Shown one piece after another: positions 49,960 to 64,000 of a stretch of 64,000 nucleotides of DNA. The DNA comes from an uncultured delta proteobacterium (lineage in GTDB: Bacteria; Myxococcota_A; UBA9160; SMWR01). A program made the position numbers and the translations under genes. Position 1 is the first letter of the stretch; each line of letters begins with the position of its first letter. The notes below the pieces were generated by a model. It had not been told where the DNA came from. It saw nothing but the letters and a program-made list of their open reading frames with translations, and made no database searches. Where the stretch lies: NCBI GenBank assembly GCA_963832165.1, contig CAWHTE010000007.1, forward strand, positions 352,001 through 416,000, read 5' to 3'.

Positions 49960-51039
49960 CTAGGCGTCGCCGCGCGCGACTTCGGGGCGCAGCAGCGGAG
50001 CTGCGCCACGTAGCCGGAATGCGGCGGCCTCGGCTCCACCCGCCGTCTCGCCGGGCTGGAGCGGATTGCCGTCCACCTCGAAGCCGGCCTCGCGGATCAT
50101 GCGGTAGGTGTCGGCGAGCGAGTCGCCGCGCGTGGTGAGATAGCCCTCGACGAAGAGCGAGTTCGCGGGCCAGAGCGCGAACGCCTCCATGCCGCGCAGG
50201 TGCCCTTCGCGCCCGCCTGCGGCGCGGATCTCCGCGCGCGGGTTCACGAGCCGCATCAGGCACAGCGCGCGCAGGCAGCGCTCGGGCGTGAGCGAGCCGT
50301 CCGACTGCACGGGGTTGCCGTCGATCGGGATCAGGAAGTTCACGGGGATCGACGGCACCTCGAGCTCGCGCAGCTTGAAGCTCACCTCGACGACATCGGC
50401 GCTCTGCTCGCCCATGCCGAGGATCAGTCCGCTGCACGCCTCGATGCCGCACTTCTTCGCGGCGACCAGCGTGCGCACGCGGTCGGCGTAGGTATGGGTC
50501 GAGCAGATCTCGCCGTAGTGCGACTCGCTCGTGTTCAGGTTGTGGTTCAGGCGGTCGAGACCCGCGTCGGCGAGGATGCGCGCGTGCTCCTCCTCGAGCA
50601 GACCCACCGAGAGGCACACCCCGATCGGGTAGCGCTGCTTCACCTCGCGGATCAGTTCGGCGAGCCGGTGCGTCATCGCGAGCGTCGGACCGCGCCCCGA
50701 CATCACCATGCAGTAGCGCGTCGCCCCCGCGCGTGCGGCGGCCTCGGCGCCCGCGAGGATCTCCTCGCGATCCTTCATCGCGTACTTGCGGATCGCCGAC
50801 TTCGAGTCGCGCGACTGCGAGCAGTAGCCGCAGTCTTCGGGGCACAGCCCGTTCTGCACGTTGTTGAGCACGTGCACCATCACGCGGCGGCCGAAGTGCT
50901 GCTCGCGCGGCGCGAACGCGGCGTGCAGCAGCGGCAGCAGCGCGACGTCGGGCCCGTCCAGGATCCAGTGGGCCTCGCTCTCGGAGGGCGGCTCGTCCGC
51001 CAGCGCGCGCGCCGCGAGTCGTTCGTACTTCTCGAACAT
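49960..51039 (-). CDS. bioB: biotin synthase
   Basis: Radical SAM motif CPEDCGYCSQS, NHNLNT, CSGLILGMGE, IPVNFL, YLTT. Confidence 0.96.
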   Translation of the reverse strand: MFEKYERLAARALADEPPSESEAHWILDGPDVALLPLLHAAFAPREQHFGRRVMVHVLNNVQNGLCPEDCGYCSQSRDSKSAIRKYAMKDREEILAGAEAAARAGATRYCMVMSGRGPTLAMTHRLAELIREVKQRYPIGVCLSVGLLEEEHARILADAGLDRLNHNLNTSESHYGEICSTHTYADRVRTLVAAKKCGIEACSGLILGMGEQSADVVEVSFKLRELEVPSIPVNFLIPIDGNPVQSDGSLTPERCLRALCLMRLVNPRAEIRAAGGREGHLRGMEAFALWPANSLFVEGYLTTRGDSLADTYRMIREAGFEVDGNPLQPGETAGGAEAAAFRLRGAAPLLRPEVARGDA

Positions 51040-51065
51040 GGGGGGTCTCCTCGGGTGGCGGGCCA

Positions 51066-51095
51066 ACCCTAGAGAGGGCACCCGACCCCTGTCAA
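51066..51095 (-). promoter_or_regulatory. sigma70-type promoter of bioBFD
   Basis: TTGACA-N18-TAGGGT on the minus strand; the -35 lies inside the BirA operator. Confidence 0.65.
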
Positions 51096-51120
51096 CCGCA
51101 GTCCCGATCGCGGTTTACAG
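51089..51120. promoter_or_regulatory. BirA operator
   Basis: ctgtcaacc-N14-ggtttacag inverted repeat upstream of bioB, matching the TGT(A/C)AACC-N14..16-GGTT(T/G)ACA BirA signal. Confidence 0.85.
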
Positions 51121-51175
51121 CGCCGCATCGCGCATTGCGCGGCTACTCTCGCGCGCAAGCTGTCCGGCGCGCAGT

Positions 51176-51213
51176 GCAAGTTTCGCGCAGCGAGCCGAAG
51201 GCGAGCGAAGACC
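51176..51213 (+). repeat. dispersed repeat subtype A in the radA leader
   Basis: 38-bp exact match; ends 12 nt before the radA ATG. Confidence 0.95.
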
Positions 51214-51225
51214 GAAGGGCATTGA

Positions 51226-52653
51226 ATGGGGCGCAGCCGCAGCGTGTACGCGTGCACCGAATGCGGCGCTCAGCAGCCGCGCTGGCTGGGGCGCTGCCCC
51301 GAATGCGGTGCGTGGTCGACTCTCGTGGAGGAGCGCGCGGTCGCGCCCGCCGAGCCGCGTGAGCTGATCGCGCGCGAGCCGCAGAGCGCCAAGCCGCGCC
51401 GGCTCGCCGAGATCGATGCGGACGCCGTGCCGCGCCTCGCGACCGGGATCGCCGAGCTCGACCGCGTGCTCGGCGGCGGCATCGTGCCCGGATCGGTCGT
51501 GTTGCTCGCAGGCGAGCCCGGAGTCGGCAAGTCGACGCTCGCGCTGCAGCTCGCGGCGGGCGCCGCAAGTTTCGCGCAGCGAGCCGAAGGCGAGCGAAGA
51601 CCATCAGGTGGGAGCAGCCGGCCCGTGCTCTACGTCGCGGGCGAGGAGAGTCCGGAGCAGATCCGGCTGCGCGCGGATCGCCTCGCGTCGCTGCCCGAGG
51701 CGCTCGTCGTGCTGCCCGAGACCTGCGTCGAGGCGCTCGCGGATCCGTGGCGCGAGATGCAGCCCTCGCTCGTGATCGTCGACTCGGTGCAGACGCTGCG
51801 CAGCGAGCGCATCGAGTCGGCGCCGGGCTCGGTCGCGCAGGTGCGCGAGTGCGCGGCGCTGCTCGCGGCGACCGCGAAGGCGCACGGCACCGCGCTCGTG
51901 CTGGTCGGCCACGTCAACAAGGAGGGCGCGATCGCGGGACCGCGCGTGCTCGAGCATCTCGTCGACGTCGTGCTCCAGCTCGAGGGCGACGGCTTCCACG
52001 CGTTCCGCCTGCTGCGCGCGCACAAGAACCGCTTCGGCTCGACGCAGGAGATCGGCGTGTTCCACATGAGCGGCGTGGGACTCGAGGCCGTGCCGAACCC
52101 GAGCGAGCTGTTCCTCGCCGAGCGCCGCGCGGGCGCACCCGGGTCGTGCATCGTGCCGTGGCTCGAGGGCAGTCGTCCGATGCTCGTGGAGATCCAGGCG
52201 CTCGTGGCGCCCGCGGGCTACGGCACCGCGCGCCGCACCGCGATCGGCGTCGATGACGCGCGGCTCGCGCTGCTGCTCGCGGTGCTCGACCGGCGCGCGC
52301 ACGTCGACCTGCTCTCGCGCGACGTCTACGTGAACGCGGTCGGCGGTGTGCGGATCCGAGAGCCCGGCGCCGATCTCGCGCTTGCGCTCGCGCTCGCGTC
52401 GAGCCGGCTCGATCTCGCGCTGCCCGCCGACGTGGCCGCGTGCGGCGAGGTCGGTCTCGGCGGCGAGATCCGGCGCGTGGCGCGGCTCGATGCGCGCGTT
52501 GCCGAGGCGGCGCGGCTCGGCTTCCGGCGCCTGCTCGTACCGGCCGGAGCGCAGGCCGCGCTCGCGTCGCCGCCGGGCGCCCTGCTCGTGCCCGTGAACG
52601 ATCTCGCCGAGGCCGTGGCGTGGCTCTCGTCCACGGCCGTTCACACGTCGTGA
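51226..52653 (+). CDS. radA: DNA repair protein RadA/Sms
   Basis: C4 zinc finger, GEPGVGKST, DSVQT, KNRFG, Lon-like C-terminal domain. Confidence 0.97.
   Translation: MGRSRSVYACTECGAQQPRWLGRCPECGAWSTLVEERAVAPAEPRELIAREPQSAKPRRLAEIDADAVPRLATGIAELDRVLGGGIVPGSVVLLAGEPGVGKSTLALQLAAGAASFAQRAEGERRPSGGSSRPVLYVAGEESPEQIRLRADRLASLPEALVVLPETCVEALADPWREMQPSLVIVDSVQTLRSERIESAPGSVAQVRECAALLAATAKAHGTALVLVGHVNKEGAIAGPRVLEHLVDVVLQLEGDGFHAFRLLRAHKNRFGSTQEIGVFHMSGVGLEAVPNPSELFLAERRAGAPGSCIVPWLEGSRPMLVEIQALVAPAGYGTARRTAIGVDDARLALLLAVLDRRAHVDLLSRDVYVNAVGGVRIREPGADLALALALASSRLDLALPADVAACGEVGLGGEIRRVARLDARVAEAARLGFRRLLVPAGAQAALASPPGALLVPVNDLAEAVAWLSSTAVHTS
51563..51602 (+). repeat. dispersed repeat subtype A, in frame in radA
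   Basis: Exact 40-bp copy, plus the atcagg tail shared with the 6777 copy; encodes [14 protein letters not shown]. Confidence 0.95.
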
Positions 52654-52702
52654 GCCCGCTAGTTAACCATTCGAATTTGCTGATCTTTTCAGCATTTTCC
52701 CT

Positions 52703-52732
52703 TTGACAGCGCGAGGCGAGTCGGGCTAGGGT
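52703..52732 (+). promoter_or_regulatory. sigma70-type promoter of the polyprenyl synthetase gene
   Basis: TTGACA-N18-TAGGGT, 9 nt before the ATG. Confidence 0.6.
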
Positions 52733-52741
52733 TTCGCAGCG

Positions 52742-53767
52742 ATGACGAACCGCTCGCCCGCCGCCGGCCCGGCCGGCTATGCAGCCGCGCTCGAGCGGCT
52801 CACCGAAGATCTCGCGCTCGTCGAGAGCGCGATGCGCGAGCAGCTCGTGTCGGCGAGCGAGGTGCTCTCGGCGCTCGGCGATCACGTGCTCGCCTCGGGC
52901 GGCAAGCGCATGCGGCCCGCGCTGCTCCTGCTCGCGGCCGAGCTCTGCAACTACACGGGGCCCCGGCGCATCCAGATCGCCGCGGCGGTCGAGCTGCTCC
53001 ACACCGCGACGCTGCTGCACGACGACGTGGTCGATCTCTCCGTGCTGCGCCGCGGCCGCCCCTCCGCAAACGCGCTCTGGGGCAACCGGCGCGCCGTGCT
53101 CGCGGGCGACTTCTTCTACGCGCGCGCCTCGTCGATGATCGTCGAAGACGGCGACCTCGACATCCTGTGGATCTTCGCCGACACGATCCGCAGCATGGCG
53201 GAGGGCGAGCTGCTCCAGCTCCAGCGCAGCTTCGATCCCTCGGTCACCGAGGCGCACTACTTCCAGGTGATCGAGCGCAAGAGCGCGGTGCTCCTGTCTG
53301 CGGCCTGCGAGTCGGGCGGGATCCTCGGCGGGGTCACGCGCGCCGAGCGGCGCCGGCTCGCCGAGTACGGGCGCGAGCTCGGGCTCGCGTTCCAGCTGCG
53401 CGACGACGCGCTCGACTACGAGGATCGCGAGGCCGATCTCGGCAAGCGGCCCTACGACGATCTGCGCGAGGGCAAGGTGACGCTGCCGCTCCTGCTCGCG
53501 CTCAAGCGCTGCTCGGCCGCCGAGCGCGAGGCAGTGGCCTCGCTGCTCAAGGCGGTGTCGCTGGTCCCCGACCCGGACGCTGCGGTCGCGCTCGATCTCT
53601 CGCCCGCGATCGAAGTGGTGCAGCGCTACCGCGGCGTCGAAGACACCGTGCGCCGCGCCGAGGAGCACGCGCGCCGCGCGCGCAACGCGATCGCTCCCTT
53701 CCCCGATGGAGGCGCTCAGAGCGACCTGCTCGCCGCTGCCGACTTCGCCGTCGCGCGCGATCGCTAG
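52742..53767 (+). CDS. ispB: polyprenyl diphosphate synthase (IspB-like)
   Basis: GGKRMRP, LLHDDVVD, RRG, FQLRDDALD, DLREGKVTLP. Confidence 0.9.
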   Translation: MTNRSPAAGPAGYAAALERLTEDLALVESAMREQLVSASEVLSALGDHVLASGGKRMRPALLLLAAELCNYTGPRRIQIAAAVELLHTATLLHDDVVDLSVLRRGRPSANALWGNRRAVLAGDFFYARASSMIVEDGDLDILWIFADTIRSMAEGELLQLQRSFDPSVTEAHYFQVIERKSAVLLSAACESGGILGGVTRAERRRLAEYGRELGLAFQLRDDALDYEDREADLGKRPYDDLREGKVTLPLLLALKRCSAAEREAVASLLKAVSLVPDPDAAVALDLSPAIEVVQRYRGVEDTVRRAEEHARRARNAIAPFPDGGAQSDLLAAADFAVARDR

Positions 53768-53814
53768 CAAAGCGCCGCGAAGCGGCGCACGCAGCGAGCC
53801 GAAGGCGAGCGGAG
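53767..53814 (+). repeat. dispersed repeat, hairpin subtype C, directly after the stop codon
   Basis: gcaaagcgccgcgaagcggcgcacgcagcgagccgaaggcgagcggag. Confidence 0.88.
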
Positions 53815-53868
53815 ATCGAACAGGTGGATTCAACCTCTCATCCCCGATCGGTCCCGGGAGCTACTCCC

Positions 53869-54183
53869 ATGGTTCGATTCGCACAGGCCGCGGGCGCCGC
53901 GTTGGCGCTCGCCACTCTCCTCGTGTTCTCGGGCTCGCCCGCGTTCGCCGAGGAGAAGCTCTCCGGCGTCGTCAACGTCAACACCGCGAGCGCGGCGGAG
54001 CTCGAGATGCTGCCCGGCGTCGGCGCGTCGCGCGCCAAGGCGGTGATCGAGGCCCGCGAGGCGAAGGGCGGCTTCAAGAGCCTCGACGATCTGCTCGAGG
54101 TGAAGGGTATCGGCGAGGCGAGCCTCGCGAAGCTGCGCCCGCACCTCACGCTCGACGGCAAGACGACGGTCAAGGCGGAATAG
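53869..54183 (+). CDS. comEA: ComEA family helix-hairpin-helix DNA-binding protein
   Basis: Signal peptide; VNVNTAS, LPGVG, LLEVKGIG. Confidence 0.88.
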   Translation: MVRFAQAAGAALALATLLVFSGSPAFAEEKLSGVVNVNTASAAELEMLPGVGASRAKAVIEAREAKGGFKSLDDLLEVKGIGEASLAKLRPHLTLDGKTTVKAE

Positions 54184-54261
54184 CAGCGGACGCCGATGGG
54201 GCCGGCGGCCGTGCCTCCGGCCCCATCCTTCCCGATGGACTGCGCCCGCTACCTTGCCGCG

Positions 54262-55089
54262 GTGACTGCGCGGCGCCCGGCCGTCTACCTCCTGCTTGCG
54301 CTCGCGCTCGCCACGCGCGCGGACGCAGACACCCCGCGCGTGGTGTCGCTCTCGCCATCGCTCACGGCGATCCTGCTTGCGCTCCACGCGGGCGATGCGC
54401 TCGTGGGCGTCGACGAGAGTTCCGCGCAGTCCGATCACCGCGTGCGCGAGCTGCCGCGCGTCGGAGGGCTGTTCAATCCGAGCCTCGAGGCGATCGTTGC
54501 GCTGAAGCCGTCGGCCGTGGCGCTCGTGCCGAGTGCACAGCAGCGCGAGCTGCGCGAACGGCTCGAAGGCGCTCGGTATCGAGGTGCTCGCACTGCCCAA
54601 CATCAGCTTCCTGGATGTCCTGAGCTCGATCGCAGTCTCGGGAAGCCATGTCGGGCGCGACGCCGTCGCGCTAGCGCGCGTCGAGACGATCCAGCAAGGC
54701 CTGGGGCAAGGCATTGGCCGATGCCGCGAGCGGGCCGCGCGTGCGGACCGTGCTCGTGCTCCAGCGCGAGCCGCTCTACGTCGTAGGTCTCGGCAGCTTC
54801 CTCGACTCGATGCTCGAAGCGGCGGGCGCGGAGAATCTCGCGCGAAAGTTTGACGACCCCTACCCGCGCGTCTCGATCGAGTGGCTGATCGCCGCGGCGC
54901 CCGACCTGATCCTCGACGCCGCCGATCCGGCCACGGAGGCGCGGACCGCATTGGTCGCACTGGCCGTCGCTGCCCGCCGTGAAGCACGGGCGCGTGAAGA
55001 CGCTCGACCGCACGATCACGATCCCGGGTCCCTATCTCGACCGCTCGCTCGCGACGCTGTCCGCGGCCGTGCGCGGGCCCGAGCGATGA
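54262..55089 (+). CDS. cobalamin/siderophore ABC transporter substrate-binding protein (BtuF-like), three frameshifts
   Basis: RVVSLSPS, PSLEAIVALKP, YPRVSIEW, WPSLPAVKHGRV; frame shifts at about 54567, 54698 and 54946. Confidence 0.75.
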
Positions 55090-56108
55090 GAGTGCTCACG
55101 GCGCGCGCGGCGGCGCTGCGGCTCGCGCTGCTGGGCGCGCTGCTGCTCGGATCGCTCGTGGTGGGCCTGGCCGCGGGGCCCAGCTCGCTAGGCCCCGGCG
55201 AGGCGCTGCGCGCGATCTTCGCGGGCGACGACGCGGGCATCGCGGCTGACATCGCGCTGCGTGTGCGGCTGCCGCGCGTGCTGCTCGCGGCGGCGGTCGG
55301 TGCCGCGCTCGCGGTGGCCGGCGCGCTGTTCCAGGCGCTGCTGCGCAATCCGCTCGCGGATCCCTACGTGCTCGGCGTTTCGGGCGGCGCGGCGGTCGGC
55401 GGGATCCTCGCGCTCTCGCTGGGCTCGGCATTGGGCTGGGGCGCCGCGGCCGTGACGCCTGCAGCGTTCGCGGGGGCGCTCGTCACCACGGCCGCGCTCT
55501 ACGCGGTTGCCGCAGTGCGCGGGCGCGTGTCGGCCACTCACCTCCTGCTCACGGGCGTGGTGTTCAACGCGTTCGCGTCGGCGGCGATCGTGTTCGTCGC
55601 GTCGCTCGCGGGGCTCACCGAGGGCACGAGCCTGTTCCTGTGGCTGATCGGGAGCCTCTCCGCGGTGCGCGCGGACGCGGCTCCCGTGGTGGGCGCGTTC
55701 CTCGCGCTGGGTCTCGGCTGCGCGCTGCCGCTGCTGCGCGACCTCGACCTGCTCTCGCTCGGCGAGGAGTCCGCCGCGCAGCTCGGCGTGGACGTCGTCC
55801 GCCTTCAGCGCGTGCTCCTGCTCTCGACCTCGCTCATGGTGGGCGCGGCCGTGTCGGTTGCGGGGCTGATCGGCTTCGTGGGCCTGATCGTCCCGCACCT
55901 CCTGCGGCTGCGGCTGGGTCCCGACCACCGCCTGCTCGTGCCGGCCGCGGCGCTCGGCGGCGCCGCTTTCCTCGTGCTCTGCGACACCGCGGCGCGCACG
56001 CTGTTTGGCGGCCGCGAGCTGCCCGTGGGCGCGATCACCGCGCTCGCGGGCGGGCCGCTCTTCCTCTACCTGCTCCGGCGCCACCACCTCCGGAGCACGG
56101 CGCCGTGA
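55086..56108 (+). CDS. FecCD/BtuC family ABC permease
   Basis: RLPRVL, QALLRNPLADPYVLGVSGGA, GLIGFVGL, ELPVG. Confidence 0.92.
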   Translation: MRVLTARAAALRLALLGALLLGSLVVGLAAGPSSLGPGEALRAIFAGDDAGIAADIALRVRLPRVLLAAAVGAALAVAGALFQALLRNPLADPYVLGVSGGAAVGGILALSLGSALGWGAAAVTPAAFAGALVTTAALYAVAAVRGRVSATHLLLTGVVFNAFASAAIVFVASLAGLTEGTSLFLWLIGSLSAVRADAAPVVGAFLALGLGCALPLLRDLDLLSLGEESAAQLGVDVVRLQRVLLLSTSLMVGAAVSVAGLIGFVGLIVPHLLRLRLGPDHRLLVPAAALGGAAFLVLCDTAARTLFGGRELPVGAITALAGGPLFLYLLRRHHLRSTAP

Positions 56109-56902
56109 GCGCACCCGCGCTCGCATTCGAAGACGTGGCGGTGCGCTTCGGCGAGCGCACCGTGCTGCGCGGCGTTTCACTCGAGCTCTTCCCGGGCGAA
56201 GTGCTCGGGCTCGCCGGCCCCAACGGCGCCGGCAAGACCACGTTGTTCCGCGCCGCGACGCGCGTGCTGCGGCCCGACCGCGGCGAGGTGCGCGTCGCGG
56301 GAACGCCCGTGGCGTCGCTCGCGCGCCGCGAGCTCGCGCGCCGCGTGGCGGTCGTTCCGCAGGACGTCACGGTGCCGTTCCCGTTTCGCGCGGGCGAGGT
56401 GGTGTTGATGGGCCGGGCGCCGCACCGCACGGGCTTCGGCTTCGAGACCGCGGCGGACGTCGAGCGGGCGCGGGCGTGCCTCGCGCAGGTCGGGATCGAG
56501 TCGCTCGCCGACCGCCCGATGGCCGAGCTCTCGGGCGGGGAGCGCCAGCTCGTGCTCGTGGCGCGCGCGCTGGCCCAGGACCCCGACGTGCTGCTGCTCG
56601 ACGAGCCCACGGCCCACCTCGACCTGCGCCACCGCGCGGTCGTGCTCGAGCGGGTGCGCGAGTTCGCGCGCGCGGGAGGCGCCGCGCTGGTCGTCTCCCA
56701 CGACCTCACGCTCGCGGCGCGCAGCTGCGGCCGGCTCGCACTGCTCGCCGATGGGGCGCTGGCGGCCTGCGGCCCGCCTTCCGAGGTATTGCGCGCGCCG
56801 CTTCTCGCCCGTGTGTTCGGGGTCGAGGCCGAGGTGCTCGACGCACCCGACGGGGCGCCGCTCGTGATCCCGCGCCGCGCCTTCCCGGGGCCACCGGGTT
56901 AG
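56105..56902 (+). CDS. ABC transporter ATP-binding protein (BtuD/HmuV/FepC-like)
   Basis: GPNGAGKT, LSGGERQ, LLLDEPT, SHD. Confidence 0.92.
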   Translation: MSAPALAFEDVAVRFGERTVLRGVSLELFPGEVLGLAGPNGAGKTTLFRAATRVLRPDRGEVRVAGTPVASLARRELARRVAVVPQDVTVPFPFRAGEVVLMGRAPHRTGFGFETAADVERARACLAQVGIESLADRPMAELSGGERQLVLVARALAQDPDVLLLDEPTAHLDLRHRAVVLERVREFARAGGAALVVSHDLTLAARSCGRLALLADGALAACGPPSEVLRAPLLARVFGVEAEVLDAPDGAPLVIPRRAFPGPPG

Positions 56903-57096
56903 GCAAGTCCGACCGCCAACCCGGCGAATCCAAGCTCGTCCAGCGGTCTTCAAAATAAAACCCCGGTTTCCCCATTGCGCCCTTGATATAAAGGGCAATC
57001 CTCGTCCAACCGAATGTTTAGGGGTCCAGCCAGCTCGGCGGGGGGCGAGTAACGACGATCCCTGTCGAGGGCTCGGGGCCGCTTCCAAGGTCTCCA

Positions 57097-63067
<5,971 letters not shown>

Positions 63068-63098
63068 GAATCGGGGCCAGAAGAAATCGGGGTAGCGC

Positions 63099-64000
63099 GT
63101 GAGTGAAGACGAACGCATACAGATCCTGTTGGTCGATGATCAACCCGGAAAGCTGCTCTCCTACGAGGCGATGCTTTCCGACCTCGACGCGACGCTGATC
63201 CGCGCGACGTCGGCGAGCGAGGCGCTCGACCAGCTGCTGCGGGCGGACATCGCAGTCGTGCTGATCGACGTCTGCATGCCGGGCCTCGACGGCTTCGAGC
63301 TCGCGGCGATGATCCGCGGGCACCCGCGCTACCGGAACACCGCGATCATCCTGGTGTCGGCCGTGCTCGTGAACGACGTCTACCGCCTCAAGGGCTATCA
63401 CGCGGGCGCGATGGACTACGTCGGCGTTCCGGTCGTCCCCGAGATCCTGCGCGCGAAGGTGGGGGTGTTCGCGGACCTGTACCGCAAGAGCCGACGCCTC
63501 GAGCGCATGAACGAGGAGCTCGAGCGCCGCGTCGAGGAGCGCACCGCGGCGCTGCGCGCGAGCGATCGGCGCAAGGACGAGTTCCTCGCGATCCTCGCGC
63601 ACGAGCTGCGCAACCCGCTCGCGCCGATGCTCAACTCGATCCATCTGCTGCGATCCGAAGCAGAGCCCGTGCAGCGCAGCCATTCGGTCAACGTGATCGA
63701 TCGCCAGCTCGGCCACCTCGTGCGCCTCGTCGACGATCTGCTCGACGTCTCCCGGATCACGACCGGCAAGCTCGAGCTGCGCTCGGAGTCCGTGAAGCTG
63801 ATCGAGGCGCTCGAGCACGCGGTCGAGCGCGTCGAGCCCGAGATCAAGCACAAGAGTCAGCAGCTCTACGTCGAGGTGGAGGACGACGGACTCGTCGTCG
63901 AAGGCGACGAGATGCGGCTCACGCAGATCTTCTCGAACCTGCTCCAGAACGCGAGCAAGTTCACAGAGCGCGGCGGGAACATCGCGATTCGCGCGGGCCG
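63099..64000 (+). CDS. response regulator-histidine kinase hybrid (3'-truncated)
   Basis: ILLVDDQ, LIDVCMPGLDG, KDEFLAILAHELRNPL, QIFSNLLQNASKF; open to the window end. Confidence 0.9.
   Translation, partial: MSEDERIQILLVDDQPGKLLSYEAMLSDLDATLIRATSASEALDQLLRADIAVVLIDVCMPGLDGFELAAMIRGHPRYRNTAIILVSAVLVNDVYRLKGYHAGAMDYVGVPVVPEILRAKVGVFADLYRKSRRLERMNEELERRVEERTAALRASDRRKDEFLAILAHELRNPLAPMLNSIHLLRSEAEPVQRSHSVNVIDRQLGHLVRLVDDLLDVSRITTGKLELRSESVKLIEALEHAVERVEPEIKHKSQQLYVEVEDDGLVVEGDEMRLTQIFSNLLQNASKFTERGGNIAIRAG

Noticed and set aside
54184..54262. Cobalamin riboswitch ahead of the BtuFCD-like genes
   Set aside because: The spacer is short and shows no recognisable B12-box or conserved core.

Overview
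High-GC (roughly 70%, by eye) bacterial chromosome segment, most consistent with Myxococcota or related deltaproteobacteria. Supporting signs are the split F0/F1 atp operons, the parAB-bactofilin-atpF junction, an MXAN_5187-like gene and a deltaproteobacterial-type BirA operator. The window is mostly core genome around the usual origin region: gyrA-gyrB-dnaN divergent from rpmH-rnpA-yidD-yidC-jag-rsmG-parAB, with two parS sites. dnaA, recF, mnmE and mnmG are absent from their usual positions. It also holds hemL-atpZIBE, atpF'FHAGDC, bioBFD, mfd, radA, ppk1, tmk, an orphan rplC-rlmE pair, a BtuFCD-like ABC importer and a giant poly-HAMP hybrid histidine kinase. About 15 single-base frameshifts, several in essential genes, indicate an imperfectly polished long-read-type assembly. 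The main discovery is a short dispersed repeat family of about 40-65 bp with 14 copies at 11 loci: GCAAG-[variable hairpin]-GCGCAGCGA-G(C/G)C-G(A/G)A-G(G/C)C-GAGCG(A/G)AG. Every copy is on the sense strand of its host or adjacent gene. The family shows compensatory stem changes around GNA triloops and nests inside itself. It is translated in frame inside Mfd, RadA, ATP synthase gamma and a hypothetical protein, and supplies the C-termini of HemL, a VOC enzyme and BioD. It behaves like a REP or Rickettsia-palindromic-element type protein-invading element. No cognate transposase is present in the window.
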